The notes under the pieces: generated by a model | The model's database searches: none | Seen by the model: only the letters and a program-made list of their open reading frames with translations | Told to the model about the DNA's origin: nothing | Program-made: the position numbers and the translations under genes | Assembly (NCBI GenBank): GCA_963774265.1 | Contig: CAVZDU010000001.1 | Span: 1,120,001 to 1,184,000 of the forward strand | Direction: 5' to 3' | DNA: 64,000 bases | Source: an uncultured Chloroflexia bacterium | Lineage (GTDB): Bacteria > Chloroflexota > Anaerolineae > CG2-30-64-16 | In this document: in pieces, positions 21,141 to 35,267 of the stretch | How positions within the stretch are numbered: the first letter of the stretch is position 1 | Layout of the letters: each line of letters starts with the position of its first letter

Positions 21141-21172
21141 AACGCCACAGGCAGTCCGCTTGTGGCGTTTTT
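21141..21172 (+). terminator. Intrinsic terminator in the ABC-F 5' leader
   Basis: AACGCCACAGGC-AGTCC-GCTTGTGGCGTT hairpin with a T-tract, 46 nt before the ABC-F ATG. Confidence 0.75.
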
Positions 21173-21218
21173 GGTTAACAACAGCCGGCCCGCCCCAGTG
21201 CTATACCGAGGCAAGTCT

Positions 21219-22871
21219 ATGCTTACAGTGAGAGATATCACCAAGTGGTTCGGCGACGTGAAGGTCCTGGACCGCGTCAATTTCACGCTCAACCGGGGCG
21301 AGGCCGCGGGACTGATCGGTCCCAATGGGTCGGGGAAGACAACATTGCTGCGGATCCTTACGGCACAGCTCGCGCCCGATCGCGGACACGTTGCGCTTTC
21401 GCCAGGCTCCGCGCGCATCGGGTACCTGGCCCAGGCGCTGGAGTTTGCCCCTGGCGCAACGGTCAGCGACGTGCTCGCCGCAGCAGAGGGAGAACGCGAG
21501 GCGGCAGAGGCACGGCTCGCACATCTGGCAGAAGCCGTTACTGCGGCCACTAATAGCAATCTCCCTGCTGCCATGGCTGAGTATGACCGGGCGCTGGCCG
21601 AGTTCCAGGCGCTGGGTGGCGGTGCGCGGTATGCCGATGCATCGGCCGTGTTGGCCGGGCTGGGCATGGCGGACGTGAGCCACGAGCGGCTTGTCGCCAG
21701 CCTGAGCGGCGGGCAGAAAACGCGACTCGGCCTGGCGCGCCTGCTCCTATCCGAGCCGGACCTGCTTCTGCTCGACGAGCCGACCAACCACCTCGACATC
21801 GTCGCGCTGGAGTGGCTGGAGACCTATCTCGCCAGTTACCCGGGCGCGGTGCTGATCGTCTCGCACGACCGTGCGTTTCTCGACCGGTCGATCACGCGTA
21901 TCCTGGCGCTGGATGACGTCACGCACATGTTGAAGGAGTATGCGGGTGGCTACAGCGAGTATGCACTCGCGATCGACCGTGAGCTGGACAAGCAGTGGAC
22001 CGCATACCGGGAGCAACAGGAACGCTTTCGCAAACTTGAAAGCTCCATCCGCCGGTTGAGCAACCAGGCCAAGAACATCGAAGGCGAGACGATCCACTTC
22101 TACTGGCGGCGCATCGCCAAGGATCTGGCACGGCGCGCAGTCGTGCAAAAGGAACGGCTGGAGCGGATGATTGACAGCGAAGATGCGATCGACAAGCCGG
22201 GCCAGACGTGGAAAATGAAGCTGGAGTTTCTCGACACGCCGCGCAGCGGGCAGGACGTGCTCCATGTGCAGGATCTGCGTTTTGGCTACGGCTCGCGTGT
22301 GCTGCTTGATGAAGTGAATTTACATCTGGGCTTGGGAGAGCGCGCGGTGCTGATCGGTCCGAATGGCGCGGGCAAGACAACGCTGCTCAGGCTGGTCATG
22401 GGTCAACTCCAACCATGGGCCGGCACGGTGCGGCTGGGACGGGGCGTCAAGATTGGCTATATGGCGCAGGAACAGGAGAATCTGGATCTGAAGTCTACGC
22501 CATTACAATTGATCCGGGAGGCCGCGGCGTTGGATGAGACTGAGGCGCGCTCGTTCCTGCATTACTTCCTTTTTGCAGGGGATGAGGTGTTCGTTCCCGT
22601 CGGCCGGCTGAGCTTTGGGGAGCGGAGTCGATTGAGCCTGGCGCGGCTGGCGGTGCAGGGGTGCAACTTCTTGCTGCTCGACGAGCCGGTGAATCACCTG
22701 GACATCCCCTCGCGCGAACGCTTCGAGCAAGCCATCGCGCGTTTCCGGGGGACCGTGCTCGCTGTGGTCCATGACCGCTATTTCATCGAGCGGCTGGCGA
22801 CCGCGGTGTGGGTCATGGAGGGGGAAAAGGTGCGTATGGGATGGGACGAAGGGGCGACGTCTCTCAGGTGA
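21219..22871 (+). CDS. ABC-F family ATPase (ribosome-associated, possibly antibiotic-resistance type)
   Basis: Two ABC domains (GPNGSGKTT/LSGGQ/LLLDEPTNHLD and GPNGAGKTT/LSFGE/LLLDEPVNHLD), no TM segments, helical interdomain linker. Confidence 0.92.
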   Translation: MLTVRDITKWFGDVKVLDRVNFTLNRGEAAGLIGPNGSGKTTLLRILTAQLAPDRGHVALSPGSARIGYLAQALEFAPGATVSDVLAAAEGEREAAEARLAHLAEAVTAATNSNLPAAMAEYDRALAEFQALGGGARYADASAVLAGLGMADVSHERLVASLSGGQKTRLGLARLLLSEPDLLLLDEPTNHLDIVALEWLETYLASYPGAVLIVSHDRAFLDRSITRILALDDVTHMLKEYAGGYSEYALAIDRELDKQWTAYREQQERFRKLESSIRRLSNQAKNIEGETIHFYWRRIAKDLARRAVVQKERLERMIDSEDAIDKPGQTWKMKLEFLDTPRSGQDVLHVQDLRFGYGSRVLLDEVNLHLGLGERAVLIGPNGAGKTTLLRLVMGQLQPWAGTVRLGRGVKIGYMAQEQENLDLKSTPLQLIREAAALDETEARSFLHYFLFAGDEVFVPVGRLSFGERSRLSLARLAVQGCNFLLLDEPVNHLDIPSRERFEQAIARFRGTVLAVVHDRYFIERLATAVWVMEGEKVRMGWDEGATSLR

Positions 22872-22918
22872 GGGTCGTCCCTACTTGCAGCCCATCCTCT
22901 TTGTGGCATACTGCGCAT

Positions 22919-23810
22919 ATGTCATTCTGGCCGTTCGTCCGCGATGATCAGGCTGAGGCGCGCGTGGCCCGTCCCACCGACCGGGCCGCGCTGGCTTCGT
23001 TGCTCGCGCGCACCTGGCGACGGCATGGCAGACGCGGCGCTCGAAGATCAGGCCGAGCTCCTCTACAATGGAATCAGCACCATCTTGCCGTCGCGCGACG
23101 ATGCGCAGGGTTTCCTGGGCTTCCATCTTCGCGCACCTTCCGGCGACCCGCCGCAGATGTGGGTGGATCTGAACCTCGCCGCGGTGGAGCCGAGTGGACG
23201 CGTGGACGGTGCGTTGACGCCGCTGGTAAAGGCAGCCATGCCTGCGTTGCGACATGCAGGGGCTAACGGCATCGTGTGCCTGGCGCCGCCAGGATGGCTG
23301 CAGGAAGGCCTGGCACGGGCTGGCTTTGCCGAGGAGGACCAGGTCATCACCTATGCATACACAGACTATCTCCGGCTGCTGCCGGCGGACCAGTCCGCGA
23401 CGTTGCGAGGGGCCAACGGAGGCGATGCGGATGCAGTGCTTCAGGTCAACGCGCTGGCGTTCGGTCCGTTCTGGCAATATGACGATCCTGTGGTCCTGGG
23501 TTGGATGCTCACCGCGGATCGTGCGGTGGTGGCCGAGGCGGGCGAGGAGATTGGGGGATTTGCGATCACGACGACTGGATTGGCCGGGAGTTACGCCCAT
23601 CTGATCCGTGTCGCCACGCATCCACGCTTCCGGGGTCGTGGCATCGGCCGCCAACTCGTCATCGACTCCGTAGATTTCGCCCGCGACGTCGGTGCGCCCG
23701 GCCTTGCGCTCAACACGCAAGCCAGCAACCGGATCTCGCGCCGCCTCTACGAATCACTGGGATTCCGCCTTACAGGTCATTCGCTTGCGGTTATGGTGTA
23801 TCGGTTATAG
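22919..23810 (+). CDS. GNAT family acetyltransferase (one frameshift near the 5' end; probably leaderless)
   Basis: C-terminal VATHPRFRGRGIGRQL and NRISRRLYESLGF; the ATG lies 6 nt after a CATACT -10-like box. Confidence 0.8.
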
Positions 23811-23852
23811 GGAGACGGACCCGTGTGGACCGATCGGTGCAGCGTAGGCGCG

Positions 23853-23881
23853 TTGACACACGGTGGTGGGCGTGTTACCCT
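23853..23881 (+). promoter_or_regulatory. Putative sigma70 promoter for the NusG paralog/MFS genes
   Basis: TTGACA-N17-TACCCT with an extended -10 TG. Confidence 0.5.
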
Positions 23882-23919
23882 TCGTAAGGGTGTGAAACAG
23901 ATGGGGTGATTTGTCATTT

Positions 23920-24480
23920 ATGGAAGCCTGGTATGCACTATACACCAAACCGAACGCTGAAGCGCAGGTCGCCAGAGCGCTGGAGGCGCGCGGGTTCAGG
24001 TTTTTCCTCCCCTTGCTCCCCCCATCTGGCCGGCAAGGCCGCATCCAACCCCTCTTTCCGGCATACCTGTTTGTGCACTGCGATCTGTCCGAGGTCACGG
24101 CGGATTCACTTCAATGGCTTCCCGGCTTGCGGCGTGTCGTGGGCTTCGCTGGTAAGCCAGCCGTCGTGCCACCCGAAGCTGTCGAGATGATGATGCAGGA
24201 ACTGGCGGAGATTGAGGCTGCGGGTGGGCTGTTGAAGCACCAATTCAAGCCCGGCGACACGGTCGTGATCGACAGCGGCCCACTGGCTGGGTTGCGGGGC
24301 GTATTCCAGGGCCCGTTGGGTCCTGCGGAGCGAGTTCATATCCTCGTCCGCTTCTTGGGCGAGACCAACAGGGCGGAGGTGCCCGTCGACGCGCTGCGCA
24401 AAGCCAGCGACGATGATTTTGGTCCCCGGCGCAGGCGCGGCACGCGTGGCCATGGCCGCCGGATCAACTACGAGTCATAG
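23920..24480 (+). CDS. RfaH/UpxY-like NusG paralog (transcription antiterminator)
   Basis: WYALYTKP..E, PLFPAYLFV, PG...VVGF..KPAVVP, KOW motif FKPGDTVVIDSGPLAGL, ERVHILV..LG; Arg-rich tail. Confidence 0.88.
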   Translation: MEAWYALYTKPNAEAQVARALEARGFRFFLPLLPPSGRQGRIQPLFPAYLFVHCDLSEVTADSLQWLPGLRRVVGFAGKPAVVPPEAVEMMMQELAEIEAAGGLLKHQFKPGDTVVIDSGPLAGLRGVFQGPLGPAERVHILVRFLGETNRAEVPVDALRKASDDDFGPRRRRGTRGHGRRINYES

Positions 24481-24502
24481 CCCTCTCGGAGCGCGCGTTT
24501 TT

Positions 24503-25735
24503 ATGCCACAATGGCGTCGCACCCTGTACACCGTCTGGATCACGCAATTCATTGGGGTCGCCGGCTTTTCGTTCGTCATGCCCTTCATCCCCTACTACAT
24601 CCAGGAATTGGGTATTACCGACCTGGCCGAGGTCGGCATCTGGTCCGGCTTGGTCACCTCCGCACAGGCCATCAGCATGGCAATCATGGCGCCGATTTGG
24701 GGCACGCTATCCGACCGATACGGCCGGAAGCTGATGGTGCTGCGCGCATCGTTCGCCGGCGCGATCGTCTTGACGCTCATGAGTTTTGTCACAAACGTGT
24801 GGCAGTTGCTGCTCCTGCGCGCCATCCAGGGCATGCTCACGGGCACCGTTTCTGCAACGACGACGCTGGTCGCGAGCGTAGTCCCCAAAGAGCGCAGTGG
24901 CATGGCCCTGGGTTCGCTCCAAACAGCCATTTTTCTGGGCGTTTCCTTTGGGCCGTTGTTAGGCGGCTTAGCCGGCGATGCGTTTGGTTACCGGTCCAGC
25001 TTCTGGATCACGGGCGCGCTGCTGGCCATCTCCGGGTTGCTGGTGCTGATCTTCGTCCGCGAGGACTTCCACCCCGTCGCGGACCATTCAGGTTCGGCCC
25101 GGGCCGGGTTCCGCCATGCCCTGACGGTGGTGTTCGCCTCGGGTGCGCTGCTGGCGGTGCTGGGGAGCCGCATCATCCTGCGCGTCGGCACGCGAACGAT
25201 TGACCCGATCCTCCCCTTGTTCGTGCAGACGCTGTTGTCAGGCGACGGCCAGGTGGGCACGACCACAGGCGTGATTGCCGCGGCCTCCGCGTTGGGCGCA
25301 GCGGTTGGCTCACCGGTCATCGGCGGTTGGAGCGACCGCATGGGCCGGCGCAAGCTGCTGCTCGCATCGGCGGTCGCGGCGGGGCTGCTCTATATCCCCC
25401 AGGCCTTCGTGCAGGACGCACGTTGGCTGATTGTCTGGCAGTTGGCCAGCGGGTTCGCGGTCGGCGGCACGTTGTCCACACTGACCGCATTGCTGATGCA
25501 GGTGTCGCCCGCAGGACGAGAGGGGACCGTGTTCGGCCTGGATGCGAGCGCCGTCTCAGCAGCCAACGCCATCGGCCCGATAATGGGTGCGACAGTCGCC
25601 GCATCGGCTGGTTTAAGGGCGCCGTTCTTGCTCGCCTCGTCCCTCTTCGGAGTCGGCGTGCTGGCGGTGGTGATGTGGGTGCGTGAGACCCCGGCCGCAA
25701 CGGTTGACGCCCCCTCGTGGCCGCATGGAGGATAG
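24503..25735 (+). CDS. MFS transporter (DHA1/MdtG-like)
   Basis: Motif A in both halves (WGTLSDRYGRK, GGWSDRMGRR); about 12 TM segments. Confidence 0.88.
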   Translation: MPQWRRTLYTVWITQFIGVAGFSFVMPFIPYYIQELGITDLAEVGIWSGLVTSAQAISMAIMAPIWGTLSDRYGRKLMVLRASFAGAIVLTLMSFVTNVWQLLLLRAIQGMLTGTVSATTTLVASVVPKERSGMALGSLQTAIFLGVSFGPLLGGLAGDAFGYRSSFWITGALLAISGLLVLIFVREDFHPVADHSGSARAGFRHALTVVFASGALLAVLGSRIILRVGTRTIDPILPLFVQTLLSGDGQVGTTTGVIAAASALGAAVGSPVIGGWSDRMGRRKLLLASAVAAGLLYIPQAFVQDARWLIVWQLASGFAVGGTLSTLTALLMQVSPAGREGTVFGLDASAVSAANAIGPIMGATVAASAGLRAPFLLASSLFGVGVLAVVMWVRETPAATVDAPSWPHGG

Positions 25736-25775
25736 ATTTAGTCAACGAAACAGTGTAAAAACGCACACAATGAAT

Positions 25776-25804
25776 TTGCGCTTGGGGACACGACCTGCTA
25801 TAAT
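25776..25804 (+). promoter_or_regulatory. Sigma70 promoter of the atp operon
   Basis: TTGCGC-N17-TATAAT with an extended -10 TG. Confidence 0.7.
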
Positions 25805-25844
25805 CCGCCCCGTCGTGATAACCTGGAGGCGCGAGCGGCGGTCG

Positions 25845-26108
25845 GTGAAAGATTTGCTGACATCTACACCTCTACTGCAATTGGGATGGATTGTGGCCCT
25901 TTCCACATTAATCCCCCTGGGTGTTGGCGTATTATTGGATCGTCGTTTCGGCACCGCCCCTCTGTTCATTCTGGTGGGTGCGCTGGTCGGGATTATCGGT
26001 AGCACAGTCATCGCGGTACGCATTACAGGTCGCACAATCGATGCATTGGGCGGCCGGCCGACACGGCCTGGCGCCGAGAACGAGCCCGTTCGTGGGAAGG
26101 AGGAGTAA
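25845..26108 (+). CDS. AtpZ/AtpI-family protein
   Basis: GVLLDRRFGTAPLFILVGALVG motif; first gene of the atp operon. Confidence 0.75.
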   Translation: MKDLLTSTPLLQLGWIVALSTLIPLGVGVLLDRRFGTAPLFILVGALVGIIGSTVIAVRITGRTIDALGGRPTRPGAENEPVRGKEE

Positions 26109-26111
26109 GCG

Positions 26112-27379
<1,268 letters not shown>

Positions 27380-27400
27380 ACGATTGAAGGGAGGGGAAGC

Positions 27401-27889
27401 TTGGAAAAGCTAGGAATTAACCTACCTTACTTCATATCGCAGCTCGTGAACTTCGGACTGATCGCTCTGTTATTGACAGTGCTGCTCTATCGTCCGATAT
27501 TGAACATGCTGCAACAGCGCAAGGACCGCATCGCACGAAGCATGGCGGATGTAGACGCCGCCCGCGAGGCTGCAGCTCGCGCCCAACTGGACTATGATCG
27601 CCGCATCGCTGAGGCGCAGCACAAAGCACAGGAAATCATCGGGCAGGCTGCCCAAGCTGGCGAGAAGGTGCGCGGCGAGATCGAAGCCGATGCGCGACGC
27701 GAGGCCGATGCAATCCGGCAGAAAGCTCACGACGAAGCCACAGCCGAGAAGGCGCGCGTCCTGTCCGAAGTTCAAAGCCAGATTGCCGGCCTGTCGATGG
27801 CTGCGACGGAGCGGGTGCTGGGCCACGCGGTGGATCAGAACACACAGCGCCAGTTGATCGATCAGTTCCTGGCAGAATTGGGCAAGTGA
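27401..27889 (+). CDS. atpF: F0F1 ATP synthase subunit b
   Basis: N-terminal TM (QLVNF...YRPI...R) followed by a coiled coil; operon position. Confidence 0.92.
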   Translation: MEKLGINLPYFISQLVNFGLIALLLTVLLYRPILNMLQQRKDRIARSMADVDAAREAAARAQLDYDRRIAEAQHKAQEIIGQAAQAGEKVRGEIEADARREADAIRQKAHDEATAEKARVLSEVQSQIAGLSMAATERVLGHAVDQNTQRQLIDQFLAELGK

Positions 27890-27893
27890 CGCC

Positions 27894-28433
27894 ATGAGCA
27901 CGGGCGATCGCGCGACTAACTATGCCACCGCCTTTTACGAGGCGGCGTTCGAGCGCCTGATCGGGTCGCTGGAAGCTGTGGCGCAGGCCCTCACCAGTAA
28001 GCCCACGTTGCTTGAGCGGTTGGGGGCGACCGACACCGAGTTCGAAACGCGGAAGGGCGCGCTTGACAGCATCCTGGCCGAAGGCGTTGATCCAGCGGTG
28101 CGCAATCTGCTCTACACCCTGTTGCAGCGCGGGGATCTCCCCCTACTGGGCGATGTGATTGCGTCCCTGCGTGCACGGTTGCAGCGTGCGGAGTCGGGGC
28201 CCACCCAAGTCGAGGTCATGACTGCGATACCGTTGGCTGACGGTCAGCGCCAAACGCTGGAGACGCGGCTGGCGGAGCAATACGGCGCCAATCTGGTTTA
28301 CGAGTATAAGGTCGATCCAACGATCCTGGGCGGCATGATCGTCCGCGTGGGCGACAAGCTGATCGACGGCAGCGTGGCATCGCGACTGGCCGCCCTGAAG
28401 CAGACGCTCGGCGTCGCGACGACGGAACGATAG
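27894..28433 (+). CDS. atpH: F0F1 ATP synthase subunit delta
   Basis: YATAF; VDPTILGGMIVRVGDKLIDGSV. Confidence 0.92.
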   Translation: MSTGDRATNYATAFYEAAFERLIGSLEAVAQALTSKPTLLERLGATDTEFETRKGALDSILAEGVDPAVRNLLYTLLQRGDLPLLGDVIASLRARLQRAESGPTQVEVMTAIPLADGQRQTLETRLAEQYGANLVYEYKVDPTILGGMIVRVGDKLIDGSVASRLAALKQTLGVATTER

Positions 28434-28445
28434 GAAGGGACGCCA

Positions 28446-29966
<1,521 letters not shown>

Positions 29967-29974
29967 GCAGTGCT

Positions 29975-30900
29975 ATGCCCAGCACACGCGAAATCCGCCG
30001 CCGCATCCGCAGCGTCAAGAACATCGCCAAGGTCACCAAGGCGATGGAGACGGTGGCCGCGTCCAAGATGCGCAAGGCGCAACAGCAGGTGTTGGCGACC
30101 CGCCCCTACGCCGAGAAGTCGTGGGAGGTGCTGACCTACCTGGCCCGGCTGCGCAGCGCGGCGGCCTCGGAACAGCCCCTGCTCCAACAGCGCCCGGTCA
30201 AGAAGATCGGCCTGCTGCTGATCACCGGCGACCGCGGCCTGGCCGGCGCGTACAACAGCAACATCATCCGCAAGGCGGCCGACCAGATCACTGCGTGGGA
30301 GGGTGCGGGCGTCAACGTGACCGTGGTGACCGTCGGCCGCAAGGGCCGGGATCTGGATGCTGCGCCACGGCCCACCGCTGCGCGCGGAGTTCACCGGCCT
30401 CAGCGACCGGCCGACGAGCAACGATATCGCGCCGGTGGCCAGCGTGCTGATCGAGGATTTCATCGCGGCGACTTCGACGCGGTCTACATGGCGTTCACGA
30501 ACTTCGTCACAACACCTGCGCCAGGAGCCGCGGCTCGTGCAGCTGCTGCCCATCGTGCCGGCGCAGCCCGCTGCGCCGACTGGCGACCGACTACATCTTC
30601 GAGCCGGACCCGCAGACGATCCTGGACGAGGTGCTGCGCGGCCTGACCGAGCTGCAGATCCTGCAGGCGATCTACGAGTCCATCGCCAGCGAGCAGTCGG
30701 CCCGCATGGTCGCCATGCGCAACGCCACCGACGCGGCCAACGATCTGATCGGCGACCTGACCCTGTCCTACAACAAGGCCCGCCAGGAATCGATCACGAA
30801 AGAGCTGCTGGACATCGTGGGCGGGGCGAGCGTGCGCAGCGTAGTGACCAGGGCGGCCATGATCTGGACACGGATCGTCGATACTGTATCGCGAGTATGA
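29975..30900 (+). CDS. atpG: F0F1 ATP synthase subunit gamma (frameshifted; 3' end approximate)
   Basis: [59 protein letters not shown]. Confidence 0.9.
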
Positions 30901-30904
30901 GAAC

Positions 30905-32782
<1,878 letters not shown>

Positions 32783-32880
32783 CTCGGCGGCGAATCGCTG
32801 TTCGAGAGGCGCAACGCGTTGGACCGCGCTGCGCCTCTCCATTTTGCCAAACCAGTCGTGGGCAAAACACCTGCTCCTTT

Positions 32881-32909
32881 TTGCGCATGCTCCGTCAGTG
32901 ACGTATAAT
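32881..32909 (+). promoter_or_regulatory. Sigma70 promoter of mreB
   Basis: TTGCGC-N17-TATAAT. Confidence 0.65.
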
Positions 32910-33005
32910 TTATCGAATCCCCTACAGGCGGGATTGCCTTAGCGCGTCGTATGTCTGTCCTGCAGTAATGTTGGAAATGGGGACCTCAGGTACGCAGGAG
33001 CCATC

Positions 33006-34028
33006 ATGTTCGAACGACAGTCGGCATTGACCTGGGCACGGTCAACGTGCTGGTATACGTCAGCGGCCGGGGCATCGTGCTGCGCGAGCCGTCGGTGGTT
33101 GCCATTTCGATCCGAGATAACAAGATCGTCGCGGTGGGGCAAGAGGCGCGCGACATGATCGGCCGCGCGCCGGAGAGCATCGAGGTAGCCCGGCCCATGC
33201 GCGATGGCGTGATCGCCGACTATGTGGTCACCGAGGCCATGCTGCGCTACTTCATCCGCAAGGTGGTCGGCCGCAACCCGCTGTTCAAGCCGCGGGTGAT
33301 GATCAGCATTCCCAAGGGCGTCACCAGCGTGGAGAGCCGCGCCGTGCACGACGCCGCGATGCAGGCCGGCGCCAAGGAAGCCTACCTGATCCCCGAGCCG
33401 TTGGCGGCTGCCTACGGCGCGGGTCTGCCCATCGGCACGCCGACCGGCAATATGGTGGTGGACCTCGGCGGCGGCACCACCGAGGCAGCCGTGGTCTCGA
33501 TGAACGACATCGTGGTGTGGAGCAGCGTGCGCGTGGGCGGCATCCGCACCGATGAGTCGATCATGACCTATGTGCGCAAGAAGTACAACCTGATCATCGG
33601 CGAGCAGACCGCCGAGGAGATCAAGATCACGATCGGCAGCGCCTTGCCCTTGCCTGAGGAACTGAGTATGGAGGTGCGCGGCCGCGACCAGGTCGCCGGC
33701 CTGCCGAAGACCATCATCCTGACCTCGGGCGAGATCACCGAGGCCATGGCCGAGCCGTTGGCCGCGATCATCGGGGTCGATCCGGCAGACACTGGAGAAG
33801 ACACCGCCTGAGCTGGCCGCCGATATCATCGACCGCGGCATGGTGCTGAGCGGCGGCGGCGCGCAATTGCGCAACATCGACCGACTGGTGACCAAGGAGA
33901 CGGGCGTACCGTCGTTCGTGGCCGAACACCCGATGGCCTGCGTGGCGCTGGGCGCTGGGCGGGCGCTGGAGAACTACGCTATCATGCGTCGCAGCTTGCC
34001 GGTTGCAGGCAGCAGTAACAACATCTAA
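33006..34028 (+). CDS. mreB: Rod shape-determining protein MreB/Mbl (frameshifts near both ends)
   Basis: [49 protein letters not shown]. Confidence 0.92.
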
Positions 34029-35147
34029 GTAGGTAACAGAAAATTCGGGGCACTTCTTCGTTGCCTGATATACTGGGGTTACGGAGGGTGCCATGATCTA
34101 TGTACGAACACCAACGGATGCTGAACTGCAAGAGCTCAAGCGAATGACCCGCCATGAGATCGGGCGGGTTAGCCAACGAGCGCAGATGGTTCTGCTCTCA
34201 GCGCAGCAGCGCACGGTGCCTGAGATCGCCGTCATCTTTGGCGTCAAGTACAAGACCGTGCGCAAATGGCTCCGCCGCTTCAATGCGGCCGGGCCGGCCG
34301 GACTGTATGATGAGCCGCGGAGTGGGCGGCCGCGGACGCTGACCGACCGTGTCCGTGACACTTTGGTCGACATGAGCGAGCAGGATCCCGAGCAGTCGGA
34401 CTATCCCGCGACCTTGTGGACGGTTGCGATGCTGGCCTTAGCCTTGGCCGAGAAGATCGGCGTGTATCTGAGCCATAGCACCCTGCGTCAGACGCTGCAT
34501 GCGGCCGGCCTGGCCTGGAGCCGCCCACGACTCGCCATGCCCCGCAAGACTGATCCGCAGAAGGCGGCCAAGCAGTGGGCAATAGTGCAGGCCGTGATTG
34601 GGGCTGGCCCAGCTGCAGTCGTGCTGTACGCCGACGAATCGCGCATCCAGATGCTACCGTTGATTCGAGCAATGTGGCATCGGCTGGGCCAGCAGATCCG
34701 TGTCCCGACGCCCGGCAGCAATCAGACGCGCAGCCTATTTGGAGCGCTCAACATTCGCACGGGCCAGTGGACGTGGTTGATCCGCGAGCATATGCACAAA
34801 GAAGACTTCATCACTTTCCTGGAACACCTGTTGACGGTGTATGCCAGCGGTCCGATCATTCTGATCGTCGATAACTACTCCAGCCATACGGCTAAGGCCA
34901 TCGATGCCTGGCTGACTGAGCACCCGCGACTCCAGTTGCACTACCTGCCGAAGTACTGCTCGCATCTGAATCCGGTTGAGAACATCTGGCTGCGTCTCAA
35001 AGGCCAGACCGCCGCTGACCGCTTGTACGGTTCGCTGCATGGTCTGCTGGACGCCGTCACACGCTTCTTCGACCATATGACGCCAGCGATGGCGTTGACC
35101 TGGGCCAGTCTCGACTGAAAAGTGACCCGTACTTTTTGTGACATACT
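34028..35147 (+). mobile_element. Complete IS630-family insertion sequence with TA target duplication
   Basis: Imperfect terminal inverted repeats AGTAGGTAACAGAAAATTCGGGGCACTT / AGTATGTCACAAAAAGTACGGGTCACTT (22/28 identical); TA at 34026-27 and 35148-49. Confidence 0.9.
34093..35118 (+). CDS. IS630-family transposase
   Basis: HTH with RSGRP; DDE motifs YADES, IVDNYSSH and LPKYCSHLNPVENIW. Confidence 0.93.
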   Translation: MIYVRTPTDAELQELKRMTRHEIGRVSQRAQMVLLSAQQRTVPEIAVIFGVKYKTVRKWLRRFNAAGPAGLYDEPRSGRPRTLTDRVRDTLVDMSEQDPEQSDYPATLWTVAMLALALAEKIGVYLSHSTLRQTLHAAGLAWSRPRLAMPRKTDPQKAAKQWAIVQAVIGAGPAAVVLYADESRIQMLPLIRAMWHRLGQQIRVPTPGSNQTRSLFGALNIRTGQWTWLIREHMHKEDFITFLEHLLTVYASGPIILIVDNYSSHTAKAIDAWLTEHPRLQLHYLPKYCSHLNPVENIWLRLKGQTAADRLYGSLHGLLDAVTRFFDHMTPAMALTWASLD

Positions 35148-35172
35148 TAGCAGCCGTAGTTTGTGAACTCAG

Positions 35173-35211
35173 AACCAGGCCTCTTGCCGAAAGCAGAAGC
35201 CTGGTTTTTTT
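35173..35211 (+). terminator. Intrinsic terminator (original mreB terminator)
   Basis: AACCAGGC...GCCTGGTT hairpin with a GAAA loop, followed by a T-tract. Confidence 0.75.
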
Positions 35212-35267
35212 GTCCGTCAACTACCAGGAATGCACGCCGCGGGTATGCGTTGGGGGATTGGATGGCA

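Noticed and set aside
25837-25847. ops-like GGCGGTCGGTG at the start of the atp operon
   Set aside because: It is one base short of the E. coli ops consensus and has a mismatch; likely by chance in GC-rich DNA.
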